The translations under genes were made by a program, and so were the position numbers. The notes under the pieces were generated by a model. The model saw only the letters and a program-made list of their open reading frames with translations, ran no database searches and had not been told where the DNA came from. Positions 9,803-20,256 of a stretch of 64,000 nucleotides of DNA are shown piece by piece. Source of the DNA: Bryobacterales bacterium (GTDB lineage: Bacteria > Acidobacteriota > Terriglobia > Bryobacterales > Bryobacteraceae); the NCBI GenBank assembly GCA_963761265.1, contig CAVXGM010000027.1, positions 1,138-65,137 on the forward strand, read 5' to 3'. Within the stretch, counting starts at the first letter, position 1. Each line of letters starts with the position of its first letter.

Positions 9803-11458
9803 ATGAAGGATGTATGCTGGTTGCGGAACCCGGTGGCCTTTGCTTGGCTCGTCGCCCTTGGTTCACATCGAGTTGCAAACCGGAGGCCGGCGATATATAC
9901 ACAGTGTGTCCACCTAATTAACCCCAGCGATACCGCATTCGGAACGGCGGTCATCACGCCGCGCTGGCTATATGTCCTGGCGGCCGCGACGCCGGAAGCT
10001 TTTGGAACACCGCGCATTTGGGACGAAACTCTGGAGCAGCTTGATCCCGCCAGCCTCAGTCCCGGCGACGTCGTCGGGATCGGGATTCACACGGGCAATG
10101 CATTGCGCGGCTATGCCGTAGGTCGCATCGCGCGCGAACGGGGCGCCTGGGTGATCTTTGGAGGCATCCACGCCACGCTCTATCCGGAGGAGGCTTTTGA
10201 GCGCGGCGGTGCGCACGCCGTTGTAAAGGGGGACGGCGACTTAGCCTGGGCTCGCGTCCTGCACGATTGCGCCGCCGGGTCGCCTCACAGGATCTATGAG
10301 GGCGGCCGCGTGGAACCCGATCAATTCAAGTCCGCGCGCTGGGACCTGATGCCCAAGAACAGCTACATGTGGGCCTCCGTGCAGACCGTCCGGGGCTGCG
10401 CCAAGCATTGCTCTTTTTGTTCCGTCTGGCGCACCGACGGCCAGCGGCCGCGCCAGCGGCCCTACGACAACGTGATTCGGGAGATCGTCGAGCTTCGGCG
10501 CATGGGGTTCCGATTCATCGCGCTGGCCGACGATAACTTCTATCCGGTGTCGCTCACCGATATTGCCTTGGCCGAGCGGCAAAATAATATTGAAAAAGTC
10601 GACCAACTCAAGAAGATCCGTGGCGACCGGTTTCAGTTAATGGCTCAACTGGCGGAGCTTCCCAAAGATCTGATCTTCTTCACTCAGATCACCATGGAGG
10701 CCGCCGAGGACACCGCATTTCTGGACGCGATGAAGGCAGCTCATATTATGGGCGCCCTGGTGGGCGTCGAAGCGGTGACTCCAGAAGGCCTGAAGGCTGT
10801 GTACAAAGACTTCAACTGCTCCGGCGACCAGCTCGTTGAACGCCTGCAGACGTTCCGTCGTCACGGAGTCCATGTGCTCGGGTCCTTTATCTTCGGTCTG
10901 CCCACAGACCGGACGGGGACATTTGAGGCCACTTGCAGTCTCGCCGAAAAAGCAGGTGTAACGTTCGCTCAGTTTGTGATGCTGACTCCGTTCGCTGGCA
11001 CGGTCGATTTCGATCGCTGGGAAAAGTCGCACGGCGAGAACGTGCCCACCGTCGAAGGCGTTCCGTTGACCCGATATTGGCTGATTCCACCCGAGCACCG
11101 GCCCAAGATGTTCATGCCGCATCCGACCATGGGGTCGGAAGAAATGCGCGCCCGCACGCAAGGAGTTTGGGATCGCTTCTATAGCTTCAGCAATATCTGG
11201 AAACGCTCGCGTTGTACGCCGAACCTCAGAGCGAGACTCGCGTTCTTGTTCGTTTCAAAGTTGTACCGGCAAATGTACGCAAATAGCGGAATCACAACCG
11301 ACAGCGCCCGCCGCAACCGCGCGAACCGCTGGGCGCGCATCATGGCGAGAGCTTGCCGCAGGTTATTCCAGGCCAAACCGATGCCGGAACTCGAATTTCA
11401 AGGCCCCGAGCAGCTCCCGGCTCAGGACGCGAAAGACGCCCTTTACGTGTTCAGATAG
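9803..11458 (+). CDS. B12-binding-domain radical SAM protein
   Basis: CAKHCSFC (CxxxCxxC) cluster motif after an N-terminal Rossmann-like B12-binding region. True start uncertain: conserved text begins at VHLINPSD, ~34 codons into the ORF. Confidence 0.85.
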   Translation: MKDVCWLRNPVAFAWLVALGSHRVANRRPAIYTQCVHLINPSDTAFGTAVITPRWLYVLAAATPEAFGTPRIWDETLEQLDPASLSPGDVVGIGIHTGNALRGYAVGRIARERGAWVIFGGIHATLYPEEAFERGGAHAVVKGDGDLAWARVLHDCAAGSPHRIYEGGRVEPDQFKSARWDLMPKNSYMWASVQTVRGCAKHCSFCSVWRTDGQRPRQRPYDNVIREIVELRRMGFRFIALADDNFYPVSLTDIALAERQNNIEKVDQLKKIRGDRFQLMAQLAELPKDLIFFTQITMEAAEDTAFLDAMKAAHIMGALVGVEAVTPEGLKAVYKDFNCSGDQLVERLQTFRRHGVHVLGSFIFGLPTDRTGTFEATCSLAEKAGVTFAQFVMLTPFAGTVDFDRWEKSHGENVPTVEGVPLTRYWLIPPEHRPKMFMPHPTMGSEEMRARTQGVWDRFYSFSNIWKRSRCTPNLRARLAFLFVSKLYRQMYANSGITTDSARRNRANRWARIMARACRRLFQAKPMPELEFQGPEQLPAQDAKDALYVFR

Positions 11459-11734
11459 ACGGCAAAACAAGGGGCCGGCCCGAGGAGACCTGAAATTCTT
11501 CTGTGCCCCCTCCCAGGGCCCGATGGTATCGGCGATTTTACAAAACGCCGCGTGGGTTTGATTTCGGGGTTCTCTGCCGCCAAAGTGCATCCCCCGATGT
11601 CGCCGGAGCCGCCCCTTGTATAGCCGTACGAGCAGAAACAAGCACAAGGGCGCAGGGTTTTCGTGCGGTTTTCGCCTCGGCAGAGCGTAACGTCCTTCTC
11701 CGGGTCCGACATCCGCGTTGAAGATTCATCGTGA

Positions 11735-11995
11735 GGCCGCCGTCTATGCCACCGAGGCCGGGACTAACCAGGCGAAGGGCGACACCGGACCAGAGGCAGG
11801 CTGGCTCGGCAGTTTCGTCCAGCAATTGTTCAGTGGCCAATGTTCCAGGGGGCCACAAACGGCAAGGTGACACAGAAGGTCCCCTCCAATTTCCCCAGGG
11901 CGGACTCGGCCGGTTATCGGACGGAACTCGCCGCTATCGATCCGGACGAATTGAGGAAGACCTGAATCCGCTCGATGCCGTCCCCACGTGACAGC
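11735..11995 (+). pseudogene. decayed 3' remnant of a ThuA-family gene
   Basis: 11861-11995 aligns with the end of the ThuA gene at 3531-3662 (GGCAAGGTGAC.CAGAAGGT.CCC...TTATCGGACGGA.CT.GCCGC.AT.GATCC...CTGAATCCGCTCGATGCCG). Weaker similarity extends back to ~11735. The frame is broken and there is no start. Confidence 0.6.
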
Positions 11996-12184
11996 GGGCG
12001 CGCCGGATCGAGTGGCACCAAACCGCGGCGACATTTCAAATCCGCGACTAGGCAGTTACACCGGTCCGGCCACGTTCTGAGGGCAAATCATTCGCTATAC
12101 ATCACCACGGAAAGCGCCGGACGTGATCGAACCGATGGTTCGGTGGGTCGGCTCGCTTCAGCCCGCCAGAGGCGTGATAATGAT

Positions 12185-12505
12185 ATGGTGTCCGTCGCCA
12201 CTGGTTATATCAACCAAGCCCAGCTTGGAGATCTCATCGCCGACGCGGCGAAACATTTAGGGCCGGAGGTTGTGCGCGTCGCCTACAGTCTGGGACCGGA
12301 TTCGACCGGGGAGCCGTCACTCTTCTTCCGCATCCTGCTGGCCGACGCGTATATCCGCGAAGAGACGATTACCGACCTCACGGGCCGGATCGCAGCAGCG
12401 CTCTTCGACGCGGTACGACCCATTGAGAACTGGGGCTTGCGGCCTTATTTCAACTTCAGGAGCAAGTCTGAACAGGACCGGCGCCGTGATCCTGACTGGA
12501 TATAG
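12185..12505 (+). CDS. hypothetical protein, first gene of an abutting two-gene cassette
   Basis: ATG at 12185. The stop TAG at 12503-12505 directly abuts the ATG of the next ORF. No motif recognised. Confidence 0.5.
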   Translation: MVSVATGYINQAQLGDLIADAAKHLGPEVVRVAYSLGPDSTGEPSLFFRILLADAYIREETITDLTGRIAAALFDAVRPIENWGLRPYFNFRSKSEQDRRRDPDWI

Positions 12506-13000
12506 ATGGCGTACCATGACGATCTGCTAAACCAGGCGCTCCAGCTTGTCCACGTCACTCCATCCACTCAGTTGGCCTTACGTCGTGCGGTATCCGCCGC
12601 ATACTACGCGGTATTCCATTTCTTAATCGCAGAAGCAACGTCTAATTGGAATATTGTGCCCCTGCGTACTGCTCTCGGGCGAGCCTATGATCACGGCGTG
12701 ATGAAGACCGCGTCCAATAGAATCCTCAACTCCAAAGATTTTCCCTTCGCCGGGGAAGACGCCGTGGCAGTGGCCAACCTCCGATTCGTCGCTCAAGCAT
12801 TCGGTCAGCTTCAGGAAGATCGGCACTTTGCCGACTACAACCTCACTAAGGATCTTGACCCCATAGAAGCGTTAACGCAGGTCAAATCAGCGGAGAAGAT
12901 CTTCACCGTGTGGTCGACGATACGAGGTCTGGGTGCGGCACCGAAACACTCCCAGCCTAAGCCCTTTCGAAGGCGACCTGACCTGCGCTTGGGCGTATAG
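12506..13000 (+). CDS. HEPN-like helical protein (candidate toxin or effector component)
   Basis: LRRAVSAAYYAVFHFLIAEA helix and a later LQEDRHFADY segment resemble classical HEPN-domain helices. The last ~25 aa look like read-through. Confidence 0.5.
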   Translation: MAYHDDLLNQALQLVHVTPSTQLALRRAVSAAYYAVFHFLIAEATSNWNIVPLRTALGRAYDHGVMKTASNRILNSKDFPFAGEDAVAVANLRFVAQAFGQLQEDRHFADYNLTKDLDPIEALTQVKSAEKIFTVWSTIRGLGAAPKHSQPKPFRRRPDLRLGV

Positions 13001-13169
13001 GCGCCGTCCAGAAAACGGCCAGAAAACGCGTCCGAGTCATCCGACTGAATGACCCCACCTACAGGCCGTCCGCCGCCTCACTGCCCGCCTTCTCATCTTG
13101 GCCATTCACGCCCCTCCCTAACCAACCTCCCCCTCCCGCCCAACAACATCCGCCGCTCTGGGCGCGAAA

Positions 13170-13877
13170 ATGCCATCCGCCCATGCTAAAACCGCAACGG
13201 AGATATTCATGACAAACCCAATCCCCACCCTCCGCTTTCGCGCGAACCGGGCAAATGCCCTCCGCTCCACCGGCCCCCGCACCGCCGCCGGCAAACAGCG
13301 CTCTTCTCGGAACGCTGTCACTCACGGCCTAACCGCCGCTTCTCCCGTCCTCCCCTCCGAGGACCTCGCCGCCTACCAACACCACTGCCGGCAGCTCCTC
13401 GACGAATACCAACCCGCCACTCCCACCGAATCCCAGCTCACTCAGCAACTCGCCGACACCGCCTGGCGCCTCAACCGCATCCCGCTGCTCGAAGCCGATC
13501 TCCTCTCCCAAGACCCCAACCCCCAAATCCTAATTCCCCTGCTCGCCACCCTTGGCACGCACTCCCAACGGCTCTCCCGCCAATTCCAACGGACCCTCGA
13601 AACCCTCCGCGAAATCCAAGCCGAGCGCCGCCTCCAGCACGAGCGCGACCTCAAGCGTGCCGCCGCCCTTCTGGAACTCCACAAACACAAGGGCATACCA
13701 TACGACCCATCTCAAGATGGCTTCGTTTTTTCAAAAGACGAAATCGAAGCCCACTCGCAGCACCTGATGCGTCTCAACCACTCGCGCCACATCGAACACG
13801 TACTCTTCCACATGCAGCCGCCCATCCAGCACGAAGCCGCCCGCGCAGCCACCGCCCCCTACCAGCCGCAACCGTAA
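13170..13877 (+). CDS. hypothetical protein; N-terminal motif NRANALRSTGPRTAAGKQRSSRNAVTHGL
   Basis: Clean ORF with very strong NNC codon preference. An alternative start MTNPIP lies at 13209. No function known to me. Confidence 0.6.
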   Translation: MPSAHAKTATEIFMTNPIPTLRFRANRANALRSTGPRTAAGKQRSSRNAVTHGLTAASPVLPSEDLAAYQHHCRQLLDEYQPATPTESQLTQQLADTAWRLNRIPLLEADLLSQDPNPQILIPLLATLGTHSQRLSRQFQRTLETLREIQAERRLQHERDLKRAAALLELHKHKGIPYDPSQDGFVFSKDEIEAHSQHLMRLNHSRHIEHVLFHMQPPIQHEAARAATAPYQPQP

Positions 13878-13878
13878 A

Positions 13879-13910
13879 GGAGCCGGTCGTTATATACTCT
13901 TTCCGGCTCC
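13879..13910 (+). terminator. stem-loop immediately after the 13170..13877 stop
   Basis: GGAGCCGG (13879-13886) pairs with CCGGCTCC (13903-13910) around a 16-nt loop. No T-tract follows. Confidence 0.35.
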
Positions 13911-13956
13911 GCCCGCGAGAACATAGGCAGCGAAACCGAAGGAAGCGAAAACAATA

Positions 13957-15442
13957 ATGCAACGTAAACTTTTGGCAACACTTCCTGCGATGATTTTGAC
14001 CGTCACCTGCCTGCTCAGCGCCGCCGATTCCGGCAGCGACGCCCTGAAGAACAGCGGCGCTCTCGACCGCTTGGTCAAAAAAACCGGCGTATACAACGCA
14101 TCGAGCACCGGCAAGACACCAGGTTTCGTCGTGGATCCCTCCTGGCCGCAGCCGCTGCCCAACCACTGGCTGCTTGGCCAAATCGGCGGGCTCTATGTCG
14201 ACCAGCACGATCACATCTGGGTCTACAACCGGCCGCGCACCATGTCGACGGACGAGGCCGGGCTCGAAGGACCCGTGCCGGGCGCCACCGACGCCAAGGG
14301 TCAGCCGATCGACGGCCTGGGCCAGGAGCGCGCCTATGGCCCCGTGTCGGATTGCTGCAAAGCCGCTCCCTCGGTTCTGGAGTTTGATTCCGACGGCAAG
14401 CTGCTGCGCGCCTGGGGCGGTCCGTCCGATCCCGGCTTCATCGGCGGCAAATGCAAGGCCGAGGCTGGCTGCATCTGGCCCAACAACGAGCACGGCATTT
14501 ACGTCGACCACAACGACAACGTCTGGATCTCTGGAAATTCCGCGGCGCCCAGCGGACCCGCCAGAGAACGTCCGCGCTGCCTTGGACGATCGCACAAAGA
14601 AGGGGGCGACGGCTTTGTATTGAAGTTCGATATGGACGGCAACTTCAAAATGAGGATCGGCGGAACACCAGGCGGCCCAAACAGTAACGATACAAACGGC
14701 GGCGTCAATGGCACGCCCCTGCTCTATCTGGCGGCGGACATGGTGGTCGATCCCGCAACCAACCGTCTGTATATCGCCGACGGCTACGGAAACCGCCGCG
14801 TTCTGATCGTCGACGCCAACACCGGAAAATATATCGGCCACTTCGGCGCTTACGGAAACAATCCCGTGGACGACGCGGCCGCGGAAGCCGCCGGCCCCTG
14901 GATCGCCGACTCCACCAAAGGCAACAAAAAACCGGCTTTCTTTCGGAACCCCGTGCATTGCGTGAAGATCTCGAACGACGGCAAGCTTTATGTCTGCGAC
15001 CGTGGAAATGATCGCATCCAGGTGTTTCGATAAGAACGATCCCACTCTTGGCAAGCCGTGCAGCAATCCCGAAGGCAAAGCCGGCACATGCGGTTTCCTG
15101 GCCGAGCAATTTGTCAGCGATCACACCAACATCATCGGAACAGCCGTCTCCATGAATTTCTCCACCGACAAGGCCCAGAGCTGCCTGTATGTGGGCGACA
15201 ACGCCAATATGACCATCTACATTCTGAACCGAAACAATCTGCAGGAACTCGGCCAGCTCGGGCGACATGGGCGCGGCGCTGGAGAATTTCACTATCTGCA
15301 TCAGGTCAGCGTGGACAGCAAGGGCAACATTTATACCGGAGAGGTCGACACCGCGAAACGAATCCAGAAGTTTCTCCGGTTTGGCGCCACCGGATGCAGC
15401 GGAACGGGATCATCTACCGTGGGCGGAGTAGCGTCGAATTAA
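13957..15442 (+). pseudogene. secreted NHL-repeat / beta-propeller protein, read through one frameshift
   Basis: Signal peptide, then repeated YV.D.GN.RI..F-type blades. The text continues ...CDRGNDRIQVF / DKNDPTLGKPC if one T is removed from the TTT at 15025-15027, joining ORFs 13957..15033 and 14990..15442. Confidence 0.7.
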
Positions 15443-15450
15443 CCGATGCA

Positions 15451-16221
15451 ATGAGATTCGTCCCCGCTCTTGCGATCGCCTGCTCCCTGTGGTCCCAGGC
15501 GGCGGCCCAGGCACTCCAGCCCGCCGACCAACCCGCGGCGCGCACTGACCGGAACTCGCCGATCGCTCACCGGCAACTGCTGGCAAAGGCCCAGCAGGGC
15601 CGCATTGATGTTTACTTCGAAGGCGACTCCATCACACGGCGCTGGGGCGCTACCGATTATCCCGCGTTGCTTGCCAATTGGAAGCGCAATTTCTTCGGAT
15701 GGAATGCCGCCGATTTCGGATGGGGTTCGGACAAAACCGAAAACATTCTGTGGCGTTTGGGAAACGGCGAGCTCGATGGCGTAAATCCGAAAGTGATCGT
15801 CCTGCTGGCCGGAACGAACAATGTCGGCGACCGCGAACCACCGGCTGAAATCACAAGAGGATTGGAAGCCATCGTGCGGCTGATGCAATCGAAAGCTCCC
15901 GGCGCCATCATTATCCTGACCGCAATTTTCCCGCGCAATGACGACATGGAAATGATGCCGGTGATCGACCGCATCAACGAGAAACTCGCGCATCTCGCCG
16001 ACGGCAAGAAGATTCGCTACTTGAACATCAACCGGAAGCTGGCGGACGAGAACGGAAAACTCCTCGACGGAATGATGAATCGGGATCTATTGCATCCGTC
16101 ACTGCAGGGTTATCAAGTTTGGGCGGATGCTTTGAAACCAATGCTGCTGGAAATCCTTGGGCCGCCGGCGCTCGAAGATCACGCGCCACCGCCTACTGGC
16201 GACCCAAGCGCGCGTAAATGA
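15451..16221 (+). CDS. SGNH/GDSL-family hydrolase
   Basis: Signal peptide from the ATG at 15451. Blocks FEGDSITRRWG, LLAGTNNVG and DLLHPS (GDS / G / N / DxxH). Confidence 0.8.
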   Translation: MRFVPALAIACSLWSQAAAQALQPADQPAARTDRNSPIAHRQLLAKAQQGRIDVYFEGDSITRRWGATDYPALLANWKRNFFGWNAADFGWGSDKTENILWRLGNGELDGVNPKVIVLLAGTNNVGDREPPAEITRGLEAIVRLMQSKAPGAIIILTAIFPRNDDMEMMPVIDRINEKLAHLADGKKIRYLNINRKLADENGKLLDGMMNRDLLHPSLQGYQVWADALKPMLLEILGPPALEDHAPPPTGDPSARK

Positions 16222-17703
16222 GAGAACAGCGGCTTGAGCGCCGGATAAATGCGAACGGTACACCGCGTGGCCGTCGGCATAAACTTTCGCTTCATCGCCC
16301 CGCGGCTCGATGATATCCCGCTCCCGTACAATCGCCCCGCAGGCTTCCTCAACAGATGAGTATTCTCCGGTGGCCACCATCGCCAGGATCGCCGCGCCCA
16401 ACGCTGAGCCTTCTTCCGAAGCCATCGTAATTACGGGCTTTCCAAAAACATCCGCCAGGATCTGACGCCACAGCTGGCTGCGCGCCCCGCCTCCGGAAGC
16501 CCGAATCGAAGCGGCGTTCACGCCCAGCGCAGCCACCAGATCCAAACCGTCCTTTTGGCTGTAGGCGACACCTTCGATCAGCGCTCGAATCAAATCCGCA
16601 CGCGTATGTTTGGCCGTCAGGCCGATCCACCCGCCGCGCGCCGAGGCGTCCAAATGCGGAGTGCGTTCGCCCATCAGATACGGAAGCCAGTACAATCCGC
16701 GCGCGCCGGCGGGCGATTCGGCGGCTTCGGCCAGCAATTCGTCATAAGACATTCCTGGCGCGAATTGTTTCCGGAACCATTGCAAACTCAGACCTGCTCC
16801 TTGCGTTACACCCATCACGTGCCACTTGTTCCGAACCGCGTGACAGAACGTATGCACGCGTCCATCCGGATCGTAAGCCACGCGTTCCATGTGCGCGAAG
16901 ATGACGCCCGAAGTTCCCAGCGTGCAGGAGACCGCGCCCGGTTCCACAACGCCATTGCCCACGGCGCCGGCCGCCTGATCTCCCCCTCCGCCGGCCACGG
17001 GAGTTCCGGGAGCCAGGCCCGTCAACGCCGCTGCGCGCTCCGAGATTGCTCCGGTGACATCGGCGGACTCGTACGCTCGCGGCAAAATCGAACGGTCCAG
17101 TCCCAAACCATCCATCATTTCGAACGACCAGCGGCGTCGAACTACATCAAACATTGCAGTTCCCGAGGCATCGGAAACTTCGGTGGCAAGTTCACCCGTG
17201 AGGCGAAAGCGAACGTAGTCCTTGGGCAGCAGAACATGCCGCACACTCTCGAATCTTTGCGGCTCGTGATCGCGCACCCACAACAGTTTCGGCAAAGTAA
17301 ATCCAGTCAGCACCGGATTCGCTGTATGATCCAGCACCTGTGTGGCGCCCAGACGTCGATTGATCCAATCCACCTGCGGTTGGCTGCGCTGGTCGCACCA
17401 GATGAGCGCCGGGCGGATGACGTTGTGCTGGCCATCGAGAATCACCAGCCCGTGCATCTGCCCGGAAAGTCCGACACCGCGCACCTGATCGCCCGTGATT
17501 CCGGCGGCCGCCAGCGCGCTGCGAATCGCCTGGAACGACGCATCGGCCCAGTTTTCGGGGCGCTGCTCGGCCCACAGCGCCTGCTCCATCACCATCTCTT
17601 CGTGAGGAACGGAGACCGCGGCCGCTTCCTTGCCGCTCGCGTCGGCAACGATCGCCCGTGAACCGCCCGTTCCGACATCCACCCCGAGCCAGTACGCGCT
17701 CAT
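16099..17703 (-). CDS. xylB: xylulokinase; the C-terminal ~25 codons are out of frame
   Basis: FGGY kinase text (GVDVGTGGSRA, GLSGQMHGLV). After ...HAVYR, the expected ending RIYPALKPLFSHLRAL appears in another frame, which stops at 16179-16181. The break is at ~16250. Confidence 0.85.
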   Translation of the reverse strand: MSAYWLGVDVGTGGSRAIVADASGKEAAAVSVPHEEMVMEQALWAEQRPENWADASFQAIRSALAAAGITGDQVRGVGLSGQMHGLVILDGQHNVIRPALIWCDQRSQPQVDWINRRLGATQVLDHTANPVLTGFTLPKLLWVRDHEPQRFESVRHVLLPKDYVRFRLTGELATEVSDASGTAMFDVVRRRWSFEMMDGLGLDRSILPRAYESADVTGAISERAAALTGLAPGTPVAGGGGDQAAGAVGNGVVEPGAVSCTLGTSGVIFAHMERVAYDPDGRVHTFCHAVRNKWHVMGVTQGAGLSLQWFRKQFAPGMSYDELLAEAAESPAGARGLYWLPYLMGERTPHLDASARGGWIGLTAKHTRADLIRALIEGVAYSQKDGLDLVAALGVNAASIRASGGGARSQLWRQILADVFGKPVITMASEEGSALGAAILAMVATGEYSSVEEACGAIVRERDIIEPRGDEAKVYADGHAVYRSHLSGAQAAVLSFTRAWVASRRWRVIFERRRPKDFQQHWFQSIRPNLITLQ

Positions 17704-20256
17704 TGGATTTCGATGTAGTCCAAGGCCGCGGATTCCCCCCCATCGGGCGAGCCTTCGATGCGGATCTTATCTCCGGGTTTGAGCGCAGCTCCAGGCATAA
17801 TTCTGAGCGAAGAAGATGTGCCGTCAATCTTCTTGCTGGGCAAATGATCCGAAGCAACCCATTGGTCGAGAACTTCGCCGTTCACGAGAAGACGGAATTG
17901 GGCGACACCGTTGTTCTGGTCGAAATAGCGGACGCGAATCTCATGCCGGCCTGGACTCCCGTCAAAGATGAAACTCGCGGCGCATCGCGAAATCGGGCAC
18001 GAAACCGCTATTCCGCCGGATGCCGCTTCCCAAGGGGTGACCGGAACCGGGGCGTAGCCTTCGAGTTGCATGGATTCCGCCTCCACGCGGCCTGGATGAT
18101 TTCCCGCCCGGCCTTCTTCATCCGGGATGCCCGATGTTTTCAGAAACCAGTTCACCACTGCGTCGCGCCACACTTCGGCTTGGCCGGCCTGATACTCGAG
18201 TTGCGCGAGCACCTCCTGATAACGCCGCCCGTCAATGAATCCTTGAAGCGTTCTCCATTGCCGCACATAATTCGCGGCGGCGTCCGCGCCCGCATAATGC
18301 GAATCGTACAACGATTGAATCACCGTCTTGCCCGAATGCAGCCGATAGCTGTAGGGCACGTGATGAAAGAAGAGCAGCAGCTCATCCGGAGTGCTGGCTG
18401 CCGATTCGTACATTTTCGCAACTTCGGCACGATACTGGCCTGCAAAGCCCGTTCCCGATTTTACGCTGCGATCCATTCCCACGCCTCGTGCATCGGCGTT
18501 GTGCCATTGCCCCCAGCCGTTTCTCTCGGATGCCTCCACATTCACGCCATAGTGGTTGCCCGTGATGTCGGTTAGGGTTTGCAATCCCAGCGGCCCGGTA
18601 TAGTTTTCGTAAGTCTTCCACGAGCTGAGTTGAATCTCGTTGACCACCGAGTTGACCCGCTCGTCAGTCCCAAACGTAAGCCGCGTCCATTCCTCCGAGA
18701 TTTCGCGCGCGCTCAGATCCGGATTCCACGCCAGGCGGCCGAACGCGTAGAGATTCGCCTGGGAGAGATGATTGCCGAACCAGTTATCGCTCAGCCCCAC
18801 ATTCGAGACGCCGGCGAAACCGCCCACTGGCTGCCCGAACACCTTCCCCGCAACCAGCGCCTTTACGGGCGTGGCTTCGGCCCGGGCGTGCATATCGAAA
18901 TCCAGAACCTCTTTCCACATCGGCGCCAGAAATACCGTATGACGCGCCTGCCCCAGGTACTCCTGCGTAATCTGAAGCTCGATCGCCTGATTGGTTTTTT
19001 CCAGATTTCCGAACAAAGGCGACGCTGGTTCGCGCACCTGAAAATCGATGGGGCCGTTCTTGATCTGCACCACCGCGTTCGATTCGAATTTTCCATCCAG
19101 CGGCCGGAAATTGTCGCCGGCTGCGCGGGCGCGGTCATTCTTCGGATTCCGCCAGTCCATGTGGTGGTCGTAAACGAAGCCCCGGTAGAAAAGCAGGCCG
19201 CCGTGCGGCTTCAACGCTCGGGCTACGACGTTTGCCGCATCCGCGTGCGTCCGCCCATATGCGGAAGGACCCACGCGCCCCTCGGAATCGGCTTTGATAA
19301 TGATTCCCGCCAAGGTCTGGAATCGCGCGATACAGCTCGTCCACTTTGGCGCTCCACCATGCGGCCACGCGCGGATCGAGCGGATCGAACGTATCCAATC
19401 CACCGAATGTTTTGGGACTCCCAAAATCGACGGATATCGCGACGCGCACGCCCCACGGCCGAAATGCCGCGGCAATGCGCGCGATCTCGGGCAGCATTTC
19501 CGCCGAGAGAATCCTGGGATCGGCGTTGACGTTGTTGATGGAGCAAGCGTTAATCCCGATCGAAGCAAGCAGGCGGCCGTAGTCGGAGACGCGCGACAAA
19601 TCCGGGCGCGCATGCCGGTTCTCCCAGAAGATGGAACGGCCGCCATAACCGCGTTCGATGGAGCCGTCCAGATTGTCCCATTGGTTCACCCAGCGGATGG
19701 GCGCGTAGGGAACGTCCGTTTCGTCCAACGAGTCGATCGGTTGCTCGATCGCGATCTTACGCAGCAGCGCAAAGACGCCATACAGGACGCCACGATCCGT
19801 TCCACCAGCGACCACGATGTAACGGGCTGATCCTTGCCGCACGGTCTTGATCCGGAAACCATCGCCGGATATCTTCGCATCGAATCCAGCCGCTGGGATC
19901 GCCTTCGCCACTTCCCCCACCTGGCCGATCACCACACCTCCCTTTTCAGGCACGGAGGAATCCTGCCGCAGATTGCGGCCGAGCATTCCCCGGATGCCTC
20001 GCGAGAATTCGTCGCGCGCGGCCAGCAGGACTTCGGAGTGGCCCAGCAATGTTACCGAATCGCCCAGTACTGGAGCATCAGCTTGCGAGACGCGCTCCGG
20101 GAGCCTCGGATATCGCAGCCAGGCGTCGTAACCGCTCTCGGCGTGCAAACTGAACGCGGTGATGCACACGAACAGCAACCCGATTCGTCCGCCGCGCATC
20201 ACGCTCATGGTACAACGCCCATGGTAAAAGAAAGACTGCATGAAACCGATTCCCAT
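17700..20256 (-). pseudogene. aguA: GH67 alpha-glucuronidase with a C-terminal carbohydrate-binding-like extension, one frameshift
   Basis: ORFs 19135..20256 and 17700..19646 join as ...AIPDLGG / IIIKADSEGRVGP if one base is removed at ~19304 (plus-strand TT). The last ~130 aa (RVEAESMQLEGY...ALDYIEIQ) look like a CBM6/35-type module. The stop overlaps the xylB start. Confidence 0.8.

Noticed and set aside
11459-11500. GGGCCGGCCC palindrome after the radical SAM stop as a terminator
   Set aside because: It is a self-complementary 10-mer with no loop and no T-tract, so it is not a credible intrinsic terminator.
13774-15087. 437-aa ORF on the minus strand
   Set aside because: Antisense to the NHL/beta-propeller gene. 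Low-complexity Arg/Gly/Ala text.
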